Assembly (NCBI RefSeq): GCF_963921235.1
Contig: NC_086107.1
Span: 111,662,001 to 111,726,000 of the forward strand
From: Mobula hypostoma
Taxonomy: Eukaryota
DNA length: 64,000 nt
Reading direction: 5' to 3'
Position numbers and translations under genes: made by a program. Position 1 is the first letter of the stretch. Every line of letters begins with the position of its first letter. Below the pieces are notes generated by a model. That model was given only the letters and a program-made list of their open reading frames with translations, had not been told where the DNA came from and ran no database searches. Below, one piece after another: positions 28,742 through 41,452 of the stretch.

Positions 28742-29682
28742 TCCATAAGACAAAGGAGCAGAATAGGGCTATTTAGCCTATGAGTCTGCTCTACCATTTA
28801 TCCATTGCTGATTAATTCTCTCAACTCCATTTTTCCTGCCTCCTCTCTGTAATTTTTGATGTTCTTGCTAAGCAAGAACCCATGTACATCTGCTTTAATA
28901 TACCCAATGACTTGATCCTCACAGCCATCTGTGGCAATGAATTCCAGATTGTCCAACCTCTGGCTAAAGAAATTTCTCATCTCAATTCTAAAGGGATGTC
29001 CTTCTATTGAGGTTCTGCCCACGAGTCCTAGATGCTCACACTATTGAAAACATCTTTCGATGTCTATTCTATCTAGGTTTCAATGAGATTTTCCCCCTCA
29101 TTCTTCTAAACTCCAGTGAGTTCAAGCCCAAATCTATCACACATGTTAACCCTTTCATTCCTATGATCATTCTTGTGAATGTTCCCCTGGACACTCTCCA
29201 AATGCCAGGACACCTTTCTTGGATTTCTTAAGGGCCAGAAACTGCTAATACTCCATAATAGTCTGACCAATGCCTTGTAAAGCTTTGGCATTAGTCCTTG
29301 CAAAATTAATGCTAACATTGCATTTGCCTTCCTTACTACTGACTCGGCCTGCAAGTTCATCATTAGAAAATTCTGTACTAGGACTCCCATGTCCCTTTTT
29401 GCAGCACAATGTCTGAATTTGCTTTCCATTTAGAAAACAGTCTACACCTTTATTCCTTCTACCATGTGCATGACCATACACTTCCCTACACTGTTTTTCA
29501 TCTGCTACTTTGCCCATTCTCCTAATCTGTCCAAATCCCTCTGCAGAATCCCTGCTTCCTCAACACTTCCTGTCCCTACACTGTCACAAAGCTATCAGTT
29601 CAGTTACCCAGGTCAGTGACGTATAACATGAAAAGAAGCAGTCCCTATGGAGTGCCTCTAGTCACAAGCAGCCAATGAGAAG
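28742..29682 (-). mobile_element. Degenerate CR1 LINE in ferritin B intron 3
   Basis: VVRKANAMLA, LYKALVR, GHPFRIEMRNFFSQR. Confidence 0.8.
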
Positions 29683-29744
29683 CATCACTGGCAGGAGTGG
29701 AAATATTCAAGATTTCTGGATGTAACTTCCAACTTTCCTTCCAG

Positions 29745-29894
29745 CTGTGTTCCTTCCTGGCAAGACATCTGCTGGATGAACAAACAATGATAATGAAGAG
29801 ACTTGGAGATCACATCACCAACCTGAGGAGACTGGGAGCCCATGAGAATGGCCGGGGAGAGTACCTGTTTGATAAGCTCTCCCTAGGGGAGTGA
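29745..29894 (+). CDS. Ferritin B exon 4
   Basis: [49 protein letters not shown]. Confidence 0.9.
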   Translation: MCSFLARHLLDEQTMIMKRLGDHITNLRRLGAHENGRGEYLFDKLSLGE

Positions 29895-29987
29895 ACAAGT
29901 AGACTTGATGTTGAAACCTTCTGTCAGAGTTCTTGTCTAATGAAATGTGACATGATTTATGCAAAGCTGAGTCTAATGTCAATTGGA

Positions 29988-29993
29988 AATAAA
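29988..29993 (+). terminator. Polyadenylation signal, ferritin B
   Basis: AATAAA about 95 nt after the stop codon. Confidence 0.65.
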
Positions 29994-30105
29994 CTATTCA
30001 ATAGTATTCTCATTTTGGTCATGTTGGTGGCTTATTTTTAACTCCATGTTCTTAATTTTGATCTGATAGTGGGCTATATTTTCGTAAGATAAATGGGTAA
30101 ATAGT

Positions 30106-33100
30106 CATAGAAACATAGAAAATAGGTGCAGGAGTAGGCCATTTGGCCCTTTGAGCCTGCACCGCCATTTATTATGATCATGGCTGATCATCCAATTCAG
30201 AACCCTGCACCAGCCTTCCCTCCATACCCCTTGATCCCCGTAGCCAGAAGGGCCATATCTAACTCCCTCTTAAATATAGCCAATGAACTGGCCTCAACTG
30301 TTTCCTGTGGCAGAGAATTCCAGATTCACCACTCTGTGAAGAAGTTTTTCCTAATCTCAGTCCTAAAAGGCTTTGCCTTTATCCTCAAACTGTGACCCCT
30401 CGTTCTGGACTTCCCCAACATTGGGAACAATCTTCCTGCATCTAGCCTGTCCAATCCCTTTAGGATTTTATACGTTTCAATCAGATCCCCCCCTCAATCT
30501 TCTAAATTCCAACGAGTACAAGCCTAGTTCATCCAGTCTTTCCTCATGAAAGTCCTGCCATCCCAGGAATCAATCTGGTGAACCACCTTTGTACTCCCTC
30601 TATGGCAAGGATGTCCTTCCTCAGATTAGGGGACCAAAACTGCACACAGTACCCAGGTGTGGTCTCACCAAGGCCTTGTACAACTGCAGTAGTACCTCCC
30701 TGCTCCTGTACTCGAATCCTCTCGCTATAAATGCCAGCATACCATTTGCCTTTTTCACTGCCTGCTGTACCTGCATGCCCACTTTCAATGACTGGTGTAT
30801 AATGATACCCAGGTCTCGTTGCACCTCCCCTTTTCCTAATCTGCCACCATTCAGATAACAATCTGTTTTCCTACATTTGCCACCAAAGTGGAAAACTTCA
30901 TTTATCCACATTAAATTGCAACTGCCATGAATTTGCCCACTCATCCAACCTATCCAAGTCACCCTGCATCCTCTTAGCATCCTCCTCACAGCTAACACTG
31001 CCACCCAGCTTAGTGTCATCCGCAAACTTGGAGATGCTGCATTTAATTCCCTCATCCAAGTCATTAATATATATTGTAAACAACTGGGGTCCCAGCAGTG
31101 AGCCTTGTGGTACCCCACTAGTCACTGCCTGCCATTCTGAAAAGGTCCCGTTTATTCCCACTCTTTGCTTCCTGTCTGCTAACCAATTCTCTATCCACAT
31201 CAATACCTTACCCCCAATACCATGTGCTTTAAGTTTGCACACTAATCTCCTGTGTGGGACCTTGTCAAAAGCCTTTTGAAAATCCAAATATACCCCATCC
31301 ACTGGTTCTCCCCTATCCACTCTACTAGTTACATCCTCAAAAAATTCTGAGATTTGTCAGACATGATTTTCCTTTCACAAATCCATGCTGACTTTGTCCG
31401 ATGATTTCACCGCTTTCCAAATGTGCTGTTATCACATCTTTGATAACTGACTCCAGCAGTTTCCCCACCACTGACGTTAGGCTAACCGGTCTATAATTCC
31501 CTGGTTTCTCTCCCTCCTTTTTTAAAAAGTGGGGTTACATTAGCCATCCTCCAATCCTCAGGAACTAGTCCAGAATCTAAAGAGTTTTGAAAAATTATTA
31601 CTATTGCATCCACTATTTCTTGGGCTACTTCCTTAAGCACTCTGGGATGCAGACCATCTGGCCCTGGGGATTTATCTGCCTTTAATCCCTTCAATTTACC
31701 TAACACCACTTCCCTACTAACATGTATTTCACTCAGTTCCTCCATCTCACTGGACCCTCTGTCCCTTACTATTTCTGGAAGATTATTTATGTCCTCCTTA
31801 GTGAAGACAGAACCAAAGTAATTATTCAATTGGTCTGTGATGTCCTTGCTCCCCATAATCAATTCACCTATTTCTGTCTGTAGGGGACCTACATTTGCCT
31901 TTACCAGTCTTTTCCTTTTTACATATCTATAAAAGCTTTTACAGTCAGTTTTTACGTTCCCTGCCAGTTTTCTCTCATAATCTTTTTTCCCCTTCCTAAT
32001 TAAGCCCTTTGTCCTCCTCTGCTGAACTCTGAATTTCTCCCAGTCCTCAGGTGAGCCACTTTTTCTGGCTAATTTGTATGTTTCTTCTTTGGAATTGATA
32101 CTATCCGTAATTTCTCTTGTCAGCCACGGGTGCACTACCTTCCTTGATTTATTCTTTTGCCAAACTGGGATGAACAATTGTTGTAGTTCATCCATGCAAT
32201 CTTTAAATGCTTGCCATTGCATATCCACCGTCAATCCTTTAAGTGTCATTTGCCAGTCTATCTTAGCTAATTCACGTCTCATACCTTCAAAGTTACCCCT
32301 CTTTAAGTTCAGAACCTTTGTTTCTGAATTAACTATGTCACTCCATCTTAATGAAGAATTCCACCATATTATGGTCACTCTTACCCAAGGGGCCTCTCAC
32401 GACAAGATTGCTAATTAACCCTTCCTCATTGTTCAAAACCCAGTCTAGAATAGCCTGCTCTCTAGTTGGTTCCTCGACATGTTGGTTCAAAAAACCATCC
32501 CGCATACATTCCAAGAAATCCTCTTCCTCAGCACCTTTACCAATTTGGTTCACCCAATCTACATGTAGATTGAAGTCACCCATTATAACTGCTGTTCCTT
32601 TATTGCACACATTTCTAATTTCCTGTTTAATACCATCTCCGACCTCACTACTACTGTTAGGTGGCCTGTACACAACTCCCACCAGCGTTTTCTGCCCCTT
32701 AGTGTGATGCAGCTCTACCCATATCGATTCCACATCTTCCTGGCTTATGTCCTTCCTTTCTATTGTGTTAATCTCATCTTTAACCAGCAATGCCACCCCA
32801 CCTCCTTTTCTTTCATGTCTATCCCTCCTGAATATTGAATATCCCTGAATGTTGAGCTCCCATCCTTGGTCACCCTGGAGCCATGTCTCTGTGATCCCAA
32901 CTATATCATAATCATTAATAACAATCTGCACTTTCAATTCATCCACCTTGTTACGAATGCTCCTTGCATTGACACACAAAGCCTTCAGGCGCTCTTTTAC
33001 AACTCTCTTAGCCCTTATACAATTATGTTGAAAAGTGGCCCTTTTTGATGCTTGCCCTGGATTTGTCGGCCTGCCACTTTTACTTTTCTCCTCACTACTT

Positions 33101-34080
33101 TTTGCTTCTACCCTCACTTTACACCCCTCTGTCTCTCTGCACTGGTTCCCATCCCCCTGTAGTGAACTAAGCTCCTCTCGTCTAGCCTCTTTAATTTGAT
33201 TCCCACCCCGCAACCATTCTAGTTTAAAGTCACCTCAGTTGCCCTTGCTAATCTCCCTGCCAGGATATTGGTCCCCCTAGGATTCAAGTGTAACCCGTCC
33301 TTTTTGTACAGGTCACGCCTGCGCCAGAAGAGGTCCCAATGATCCAAAACCTTGAATCCCTGCCTCCTGCTCCAATCCCTCAGCCACGCATTTATCCTCC
33401 ACCTCATCGCTTTCCTATTCTCACTGTCGCGTGGCACAGGCAGTAATCCCAAGATTACTACCTTTGCAGTCCTTTTTCTCAACTCCCTTCCTAGCTCCCT
33501 ATATTCTCCTTTCAGGACCTCTTCCCTTTTCCTACCTATGTCATTGGTACCTATATGTACCACGACCTCTGGCTCCTCACCCTCCCACTTCAGGATATCT
33601 TGAACACAATCAGAAATATCCCGGACCCTGGCACCAGGGAGGCAAACTACCATCCGGGTCTCTGGACTGCGTCCACAGAATCGCCTATCTGACCCCCTTA
33701 CTATCGAGTCCCCTATCACAACTGCCCTCCTCTTCCTTTCCCTACCCTTCTGAGCTACAGGGCCGGACTCTGTGCCGGAGGCATGGCCACTGTCACTTCC
33801 CCCGGGTAAGCTGTCCCCCCCCAACACTACTCAAACAGGAGTACCTATTGTTAAGGGGCACAGCCACCGGGGTACTCTCTATTACCTGACTCTTCCCCTT
33901 CCCCCCCCTATCTGTGACCCACTTGTCTGCCTCCCGTGGCCCCGGTGTGACCACCTGCCTGTAGCTCCTCTCTATCAACTCCTCACTCTCCCTGACCAGA
34001 CGAAGGTCATCGAGCTGCAGCTCCAGTTCCGTAATGCGGTCCCTTAACAGCTGCATCTTGATGCACTTGGCGCATGTATT
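30106..34080 (-). mobile_element. Near full-length CR1 LINE (ORF1 with SGNH/GDSL esterase-like domain; ORF2 APE endonuclease plus RT), frameshifted
   Basis: ORF1: VVIGDSIVRG, HIGTNDI, DGLHLN; ORF2: NARSI, GITETWL, YRPP, GDFN, SDHN, LDFQKAFDKVPH, KFADDTK; (AGAAACAT) tail. Confidence 0.95.
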
Positions 34081-34694
34081 GACAATTGTGGAAAGCAAAC
34101 AATGACTTCATAACATAATACATTAGGTGCTGGAACTGGCGGTAATCACCAACTGCAAGGATCTCAGCAAGAAACTGGATCTGTTTGGGAAGTGGGGGTG
34201 AACATTGAGATTTTATTCTGTGACACTGCATCCGAGCTGTGAAGGAAGATTTGGTATTACAACAAATACAATTGTGGGTTTCCAGATGTGGACAAGTCTT
34301 TAAAGTAGATTCCTTAAGAGAATGTGGTGCCTGGGCTGAGCAAATTTAGAATCTGTATTAAAATAGGTCTACCTATTTTGCAATAAAACATCTCTTAACG
34401 GTATCAATCCATCAGCTTGTATTGGTCAACATCAAAGTTGCTGGTAAACACAGCAGGCCAGACAGCATCTCTAGGAAGAGGTACAGTTGATGATTCCTTG
34501 TTTGTATTGGTCAGCTGGGTAAGGATTGGATGAGCAGCATGGAGCTTCCTAAACAAAAAGGGTAATGAAATGAAAGCTTAAATTAAGGAACTATTGGCTG
34601 AATGTGTGATCCCAATATACACACTGAAATGAGGGGGGAAATTTCAGCCCACTCATAATACTGCTTCCCACCGTCAATAAGATCATTTGCTTGA

Positions 34695-35560
34695 ATATGG
34701 GTTGGCAGTGTTGTGGATAGTGTAGAAGGTTGTCTTGGGTTATCATGGGACATTGACAGGATGAAGAGCTACGCTGACAAATAGCAGATGGAGTTCAATC
34801 CAGAAAAGTGAGGTGATACACTAGGAAAGTTGAATTTGATTATAGGGTACAAAGTTAATGGTGGGATTCTTAGTTTAGAGAAAGAGGAGGATCCTGGTGT
34901 CTAAGTCCATAGATTCATCAAAGTTGCCACAAAAATTGACAGGGTTGTTAAGGTGTATGGTGTTTGCCTTTGTTCAGCAGGGATTGAATTCAAGATCCAT
35001 GAGGTAATGTTGCAGCTCTATAAAATTCTGGTTAGACTACACTTAGAATATTGTGTTTAATTTTGGTCACCTCCATTATAGGAAGGATGTGGAAGCTTTG
35101 GAGAGGGTACAGAGGTGATTTACCAGGATTGTACATGGATATAGAGCAGATCCTTTGAGAAAAGGTTGAGCAGAGCTTTTCCGTTTGGAATGAAGGAGGA
35201 TAAGAAAGGAATTGATAGTGGTGTAAAAGAGGCGTAGATAGTTGATAGCCAAAGTTTCACAACCTCCCCCCCCCCAATAGAAATGGCTAATACATGAGGA
35301 TGTATTCTAAGATCATTAGAGGAAAATGCAGGGAGGAGACCAGAGGTAGGTTTTCACAGGGAAACAAGCACATTGAATACACTACTGGGGATGGTGATGG
35401 AAGTAATTATGTAAAAGATGCTTAAGACACGCTTATGCAGGCACTTGGATGAAAGAAAATGGAGGGCTAGGTGACAGAAAAGAATTCAGTTGAACATAAG
35501 AATTGGTTAAAAGGTCAGCACAACATTGTGGGCTGAAGGGCTTGTACTGGTCTATGATAT
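34695..35560 (+). mobile_element. Old CR1 3' fragment
   Basis: Degenerate LYKILVR.HLEYCV..WSP motif. Confidence 0.7.
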
Positions 35561-35589
35561 TACAAGACATCAGGTGGCTCATCTTATGA

Positions 35590-36342
35590 GGGGTGGCTCA
35601 TTTTGGTAGGTCAAATATGACAACAGAATATAGTATTAATGGTAAGACTCATGGCAGTGCAGAGGATCAGAGGGATCTTAGGATCAGAGGGATCTTGAGA
35701 TCAGAGTCCATAGGGCACTCAAAGCTGCTGCGCAGGTTGACTCTGTGGTTAAGAAGGCATATGGTGTATTGGCCTTCATCAATCGTGGGATTGAGTTTAG
35801 GAGCCGAGAGGTAATGTTGCAGCTATATAGGACCCTGGTCAGACCCCACTTGGAGTACTGTGCTCATTTCTGGTCACCTCGCTATAGGAAGGATGTGGAA
35901 ACCATAGAAAGGGTGCAGAGGAGATTTACAAGGATGTTGCCTGGATTGGGGGGTATGCCTTATGAGAATAGACTGAGCAAACTCAGCCTTTTTTCCTTGG
36001 AGCGACAGAGAATGAGAGGCATTGATCAAGTAGATAGTCAGAGGCTTTTTCCCAGGGCTGAAATGGCTAACGTGAGAGGGCACAGTTTTAAGGTGCTTGG
36101 AAGTAGGTACGGAGGAGATGTCAGGGGTAAGTTTTTTACGCAGAGAGTGGTGAATGTGTGGAATAGGCTGACAGTGATGGGATATGATAGGGTCTTCTAG
36201 GAGACTCCTGGACAGGTACATGGAGCTCAGAAAAATAGAGGGCTATGGGTAACCCTAGGTAACTTCTAAGGTAAGGACACGTTTGGCACAGCTTTGTGGG
36301 CCGAAGGGCCTGTATTGCGCTGTAGGTTTTTTTGATGTTTCT
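35590..36342 (+). mobile_element. CR1 3' fragment, same subfamily as 1-1948
   Basis: VKKAYGVLAFINRGIEFRSREVMLQLYRTLVRPHLEYC; highly similar to 1165-1945. Confidence 0.9.
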
Positions 36343-36695
36343 AAGACTATTGCACATATCAAGTAATTCCTGGGAACCACCTTTCCAAAGTAAAGATCAA
36401 AAAATGGTTAGAAAACTCCAGCATCAAAAATCATTCCTGTAATTAACTGGAGCTTTTCTCAACTATTTGCCTTCCTGCCTCAGGGAATGATGGTCAAGTT
36501 GGAGAGCTTGTGGGAAGGGTTGAACACAAGAGCCACAGGGGTTGTGTGAGGAACGTTTGTGAAGTTGGGTTTTCTTGTGGGTTGTATCTATCATGTTAAG
36601 ATGCTGTCATCCAAATTTCAGGGGATGGGCATTCGTCTTCCTTGGACATAGTATATGTCCTCTATGAGATAACTTCATTTCCTCCCTCCCTCCAG

Positions 36696-37172
36696 CTATG
36701 TCACAATTGCGTAGAGGTTAGCACTGCTATTACAGTACTGGCTGTCAGAGCTCTGAGCTCATTCCCGGCGCTCTCTGTACGTCCTCCCCGTAGAATGTGT
36801 GGGTTGTTTTTCCAGGTCCTCTGAACACCCTGCCGCATCACATTTGACCAGCTAAACTGTTCTGTACCTGATAATATTTAATTTACGTTCTTCACTTTAT
36901 TCTTAATTCATTTGAAGATTTTTATCCTTATTTTCTTAAGTTATTGTGTGTTTATGTATGCTACTGAGCTTTACACCCTGGTTTGGAGAAATGTGGTCTC
37001 ATTTGATGGTACACATGTACATAGTTAAATAACAATAAACTTGATTTGAGTTGAAGTGAAGATAATCTAGAATCCTGAAGATCACATCATCAACTTGGAG
37101 AGACTGGGAGCCCCTGAGAATGGCCTGGGAGAGAATCTGTTTGACAAGCTCTCCCGGGAAGAGAGTAAATAG
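36696..37172 (+). pseudogene. Ferritin C: orphan exon 4 broken by a SINE/repeat insertion
   Basis: CCAG|CTATGTCAC (LCH) at 36696, insertion, then [37 protein letters not shown] (37056-37172); 3' flank TAGAAGGACTTGA matches gene A. Confidence 0.85.
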
Positions 37173-38340
37173 AAGGACTTGAAGCTGAAACCTCATGTCA
37201 GAATTTTAAAATTCTCAATTTGTTTATCATGCAATCAGTACAGAGCAACTGTAATATAAAACTGTTCAATCAAGTATTTGATGTGGGTTTCAGCGAATGC
37301 TTATTTTCAAATTTAGTTTCATGTCTGTGGGTTAAGTGACAGCTTTATTTTGCTTATCATACAAGGCACTATTTTCCAACGGGACAGATTGCACGTGGGA
37401 ATGGAATGGTTAGGCTCTGTATTTAAATATGCTGTAAATGATTTAATTTACAAAACACCACTGCTTTCTGCAAACTTTAAGCTTCATGGGTAAAGCAGTC
37501 TTGACATTCCTCTGTAGAAATCTACCATATTTACATTTAGCAGCTAGAGGTGGATTCAAGCAAGATGTAGTTTCCAAGTTATTCCCCAACTTTAATTATT
37601 AGATAAGAATCATTACATTTCCATACAAGAAATTATTGCATTGGAAAAAACTAAATATTGACTACCCATTCCCACTTATTGGTCTATGGCCCCCTCTACT
37701 GCCACAGTGAAACCACATTCAGTTTGGAGGAGCAACTCCTCATATTCTGTCCAGGAAGCCATCAAACTGATTGTATCAACATCAATTTCTCTAACTTCCA
37801 GTAGTTTCTCCCCTTCTGCCTTCCCTCTTCTTTCATTTCCCACTCTGACTCCCATCGTACCTTTTCCCTTCTCACCTGTCTATCACTTCCCCCTGGGGCC
37901 CCTCCACCTTCCCTATCTCCCATGATCCACTCTCCTCTCCTATCAAATTCTTTCTTCTTCGAGTCTTCACCTTTTCCACCTATCACCTCCCAGCTTTTTA
38001 CTTCAAAACCACCCCTCCCCCACCAACTTCTGGTTTATATTCCTTCAATTATAACTGTTTGAATAGCACATCAGGAGCTAAGGACTTTTTTTGATGCCTA
38101 GTCTTGGGCAACATATCTTGTAATGATGTTCCAAGCTCACCTATTGGTTCGGTTAGATTCCATGATTTTTCTCCAGTCCTGTGGTTAAATTGTAATAATT
38201 AGTAAATGAAAGCATTGATCAGTGACAAACTAGTGTCATAGAGCACTACAGCAGAGAAACAGGCCCCTTGGCCCATCTAATTCATACTATTATTTTGCCT
38301 AGTTCCATCAACCGGTAACTGGACCACACACTTCCCATTT

Positions 38341-38650
38341 ACGAGGCACACACAAGAATTTTTAGGAGTGTGGTTCTCTTTTGATACCTCCATAAACAAA
38401 CATATTGAAATAGACGCCATCTATGAACCCCTAAGAGCCAAAGAAACATGAGCTAACAGATCTCAAAAAGGTCAACTGAAGGGGTAGCCGATCAGGACCG
38501 AGGCGGGGGGGGGAACTATATAAACGCGAGCACCAGAGAGAAACACCAACAACTGCGCACTGAGGATGTCACGCAACTGGTGATGAAAAATCTGCAAGCT
38601 AATTGCCAAGCTAGGTGAACACTACAATACCTCAACGCGAGCTACCAACA
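38341..38650 (+). mobile_element. PLE family 2: ORF C-terminus plus terminal region
   Basis: EFLGVWFS..TSINKHIEIDAIYEPLR resembles the PLE post-GIY-YIG tail; CTGAGGA...GAAA core at 38556-38596. Confidence 0.6.
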
Positions 38651-38928
38651 TTCACCACCATCCTAAACTTTCCACTTATGTACTTAGCTAAATTCTTCTT
38701 AAATGTTGAAATAGAATCCACTGGCAGCTTGTTCCATGCTCCCAATACCCTCTGAATGAAGAAATTGCCCCTCAGGTTCCCCTTAAATATTTCACCTTTC
38801 ACCCTTAATGTAGAATATATGAAGTTTATTGACAGACGTGAACAATTTGAATATCTATTCAGCATGGGATGGGCTGGGTGGTACAGAATGGAAAGATGTT
38901 GTTGAATAAATGAGGTCCTGATGCTGTA

Positions 38929-40065
38929 TTAACTATATTTCCCGATGTGTGTTTGTTGAATAGATATTCAGCTATTTCATTCCAGGGAGCACCAAGATGA
39001 TGCAAGTTTGTAATGTGGACCCTGTTAGGGCATATTCTGGAGTTAGCAAATATTAACTGCACCAGCAACCAATCTTCAGGCATGAACAAGGATGTTAGGT
39101 TGAATTTAAAATGCAGCCCTGAACAATTGTTTTCCTGGAGCTGTGCACTGGAATTGATTGCAAACCAGACAATGCTGATTAACGCAAACACGAGGAATTC
39201 TGCAGATGCTGGAAATTCAAGCAACACACATCAAAGTTGCTGGTGAACGCAGCAGGCCAGGCAGCATCTCTAGGAAGAGGTACAGTCGACGTTTCGGGCC
39301 CAGACCCTTCGTCAGGACTAACTGAAGGAAGAGCTAGTAAGAGATTTGAAAGTAGGAGGGGGAGGGGGAGGGGGAGATCCAAATTGATAGGAGAAAACAG
39401 GAGGGGGAGGGATGGAGCCAAGAGCTGGACAGGTGATTGGCAAAAGGGATATGAGAGGATCATGGGACAGGAGGCCCAGGGAGAAAGAAAAGGGGGGGGG
39501 AACCCAGAGGATGGGCAAGGGGTATAGTGAGAGGGACAGAGGGAGAAAAAGGAGAGAGAGAAAGACCTTACAACACCTTATATTCCGTCTGGGTAGCCTC
39601 CAACCTGATGGCATGAACATTGACTTCTCAAACTTCCGCTAATGCCCCACCTCCCCCTCGTACCCCATTCGTTATTTATTTATATACACACATTCTTTTT
39701 CTCTCTCTCTCTCCTTTTTCTCCCTCTGTCCCTCTCACTATACCCCTTGCCCATCCTCTGGGTTTTTCCCCCCTTCCCCTTTTCTTTCTCCCTGGGCCTC
39801 CTGTCCCATGATCCTCTCATGTCCAGTCCTGACGAAGGGTCTCAGCCCGAAACATCGACTGTACCTCTTCCTAGAGATGCTGCCTGGCCTGCTGCGTTCA
39901 CCAGCAACCTTGATGTGTGTTGCTTGAATTTCCAGCATCTCCAGAATTCCTCGTGTCTACACTGTAGCTATATTGTAACTATAGAATTGTTCTACTGTTA
40001 GCTTTGATATTTGGCATAGTCTTGACTTGTTTTTCAAAATATTGAGTATCCAGAAACTCACACAA
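38929..40065 (-). pseudogene. Ferritin D (inverted): exon 4 split by a ~1-kb insertion
   Basis: TACAG|LCEFLDTQYFEKQVKTM (40065-40015) and HITNLHHLGAPWNEIAEYLFNKHTSG (39017-38940). Confidence 0.85.
39182..39957. mobile_element. Inverted pair of PLE termini inside pseudogene D exon 4
   Basis: Arms are reverse complements of each other; hammerhead cores at 39284-39319 (-) and 39825-39860 (+). Confidence 0.75.
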
Positions 40066-40857
40066 CTGTAAGAAAATGAAATTGAAAGCAGTTTAGTATG
40101 AATAAGCATAGAAGCCAATTATCATGCATAAACCACTTACATTCCAGGCAGTTTTATCATTCACCAAGATTGTGAATGATCTTTAAAGTCAACCCTGCTT
40201 TCTAACGTTGAACACGTTTCCCTTTATTCCTTTTACTAATCAATAATCTGTATTTCTCCAAACTAAGTTTACTCCTTGGACAAACATTTACAGGAGGGAT
40301 TAGTGTTCGGGTGTTTTTGATTTGCTTTTTAGCTGGTTCAGCACAACACTGTGGGCCAAATGGCCTGTTCCTGTGTTGTACTGATCCGTGTTCTGGGGTT
40401 TAAATTTCCAAATAACGGTAAAACTCAAAGTGAATAAATTCCTTCTCATCTTAATTCTAAACATCAGTCTCAGCTAGGAAGAGAAAAAAAAACTCCACCA
40501 TGGACAGTCCCAAGCTCAGTAGGAGGAGGGCTGAGCATGGAGATAGCAAACCCATCTTGTAAAAACCCAGTGCTACAGAAATGGCAACAGAAACTCCAAA
40601 GACCTCATCCCTAGGAAGGAAGGGTATTTGCCTGGAAGAAATATGATACACCTGGGGACTACTTGAAAGACTAACCTTGGACAGAAGACTCTGGTGAGCT
40701 GCTGTCAGCCGCTTATGCTCAAATAGGAGTGATGGGCTTAAGAAGAATGTTTTAAAAATCTCATTTCATCCTGCGAAATCATCTGCAAATTTTGCTTAGT
40801 TCAAGGAAGTTGTCCATGTTCTGATTTCCTGAGAATATAGGCCCATTCTGCTTATAG

Positions 40858-40937
40858 CAGGGGTTCCCAACCTGGGGTTCAGGGACCCCTTGGTTAATGG
40901 TGGGGGTCCATGATATGATAAAGGTTGGGAACCCCTG
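40858..40937. mobile_element. hAT (Charlie-like) MITE, 80 bp
   Basis: TIR CAGGGGTTCCCAACCT/AGGTTGGGAACCCCTG; imperfect 8-bp TSD GCTTATAG/ACTTATGG. Confidence 0.8.
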
Positions 40938-41154
40938 ACTTATGGCCTACTCAACCAAGTGATATAATCTCCTGCATCCATCAATGAAATAGCATTGTGA
41001 AAACCACATTTTTCAGAGTGTCATTGCTAAACCAATGAAGCCACAAATGGGAAGTGAATTGTGTTACCTCATAAGATGGGTACATCAGAATCAGATTCAG
41101 GTTTAATATCACCGGCATATGTCGTGAAATTTGTTGTTTTGCGGCAGGAGTAAT

Positions 41155-41452
41155 GTGGGCACGTGGCCAAGTGGTTAAGGCATTGGACTAGCAACCTGAA
41201 GGTCGTGAGTTCGAGCCCCAGCCGAGGCAGCAGGTGTGTCCTTGAGCAAGGCACTTAATCACACATTGCTCTGCAATGACACTGGTGCCAAGCTGTATGG
41301 GTCCTAATGCCCTTCCCTGGGACAACATTGATATCGTGGAGAGGGGAGACTTGCAGCATGGGCAACTGCTGGTCTTCCATACAACCTTGCCCAGGCCTGC
41401 GCCCTGGAGAGTGAAGACTTTCCAGGCGCAGATCCATGGTCTCACAAGACTT
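41155..41452 (+). mobile_element. tRNA-derived SINE nested in a Rex1 tail
   Basis: A box TGGCCAAGTGG, B box GTTCGAGCC, followed by a non-tRNA body. Confidence 0.75.

Noticed and set aside
33219-33827. Host GDSL lipase/esterase gene
   Set aside because: It is ORF1 of the CR1 element, directly upstream of the APE-RT ORF2.
41155-41228. tRNA gene
   Set aside because: Has A/B boxes but no clean acceptor stem, and continues into a SINE body nested in a LINE tail.
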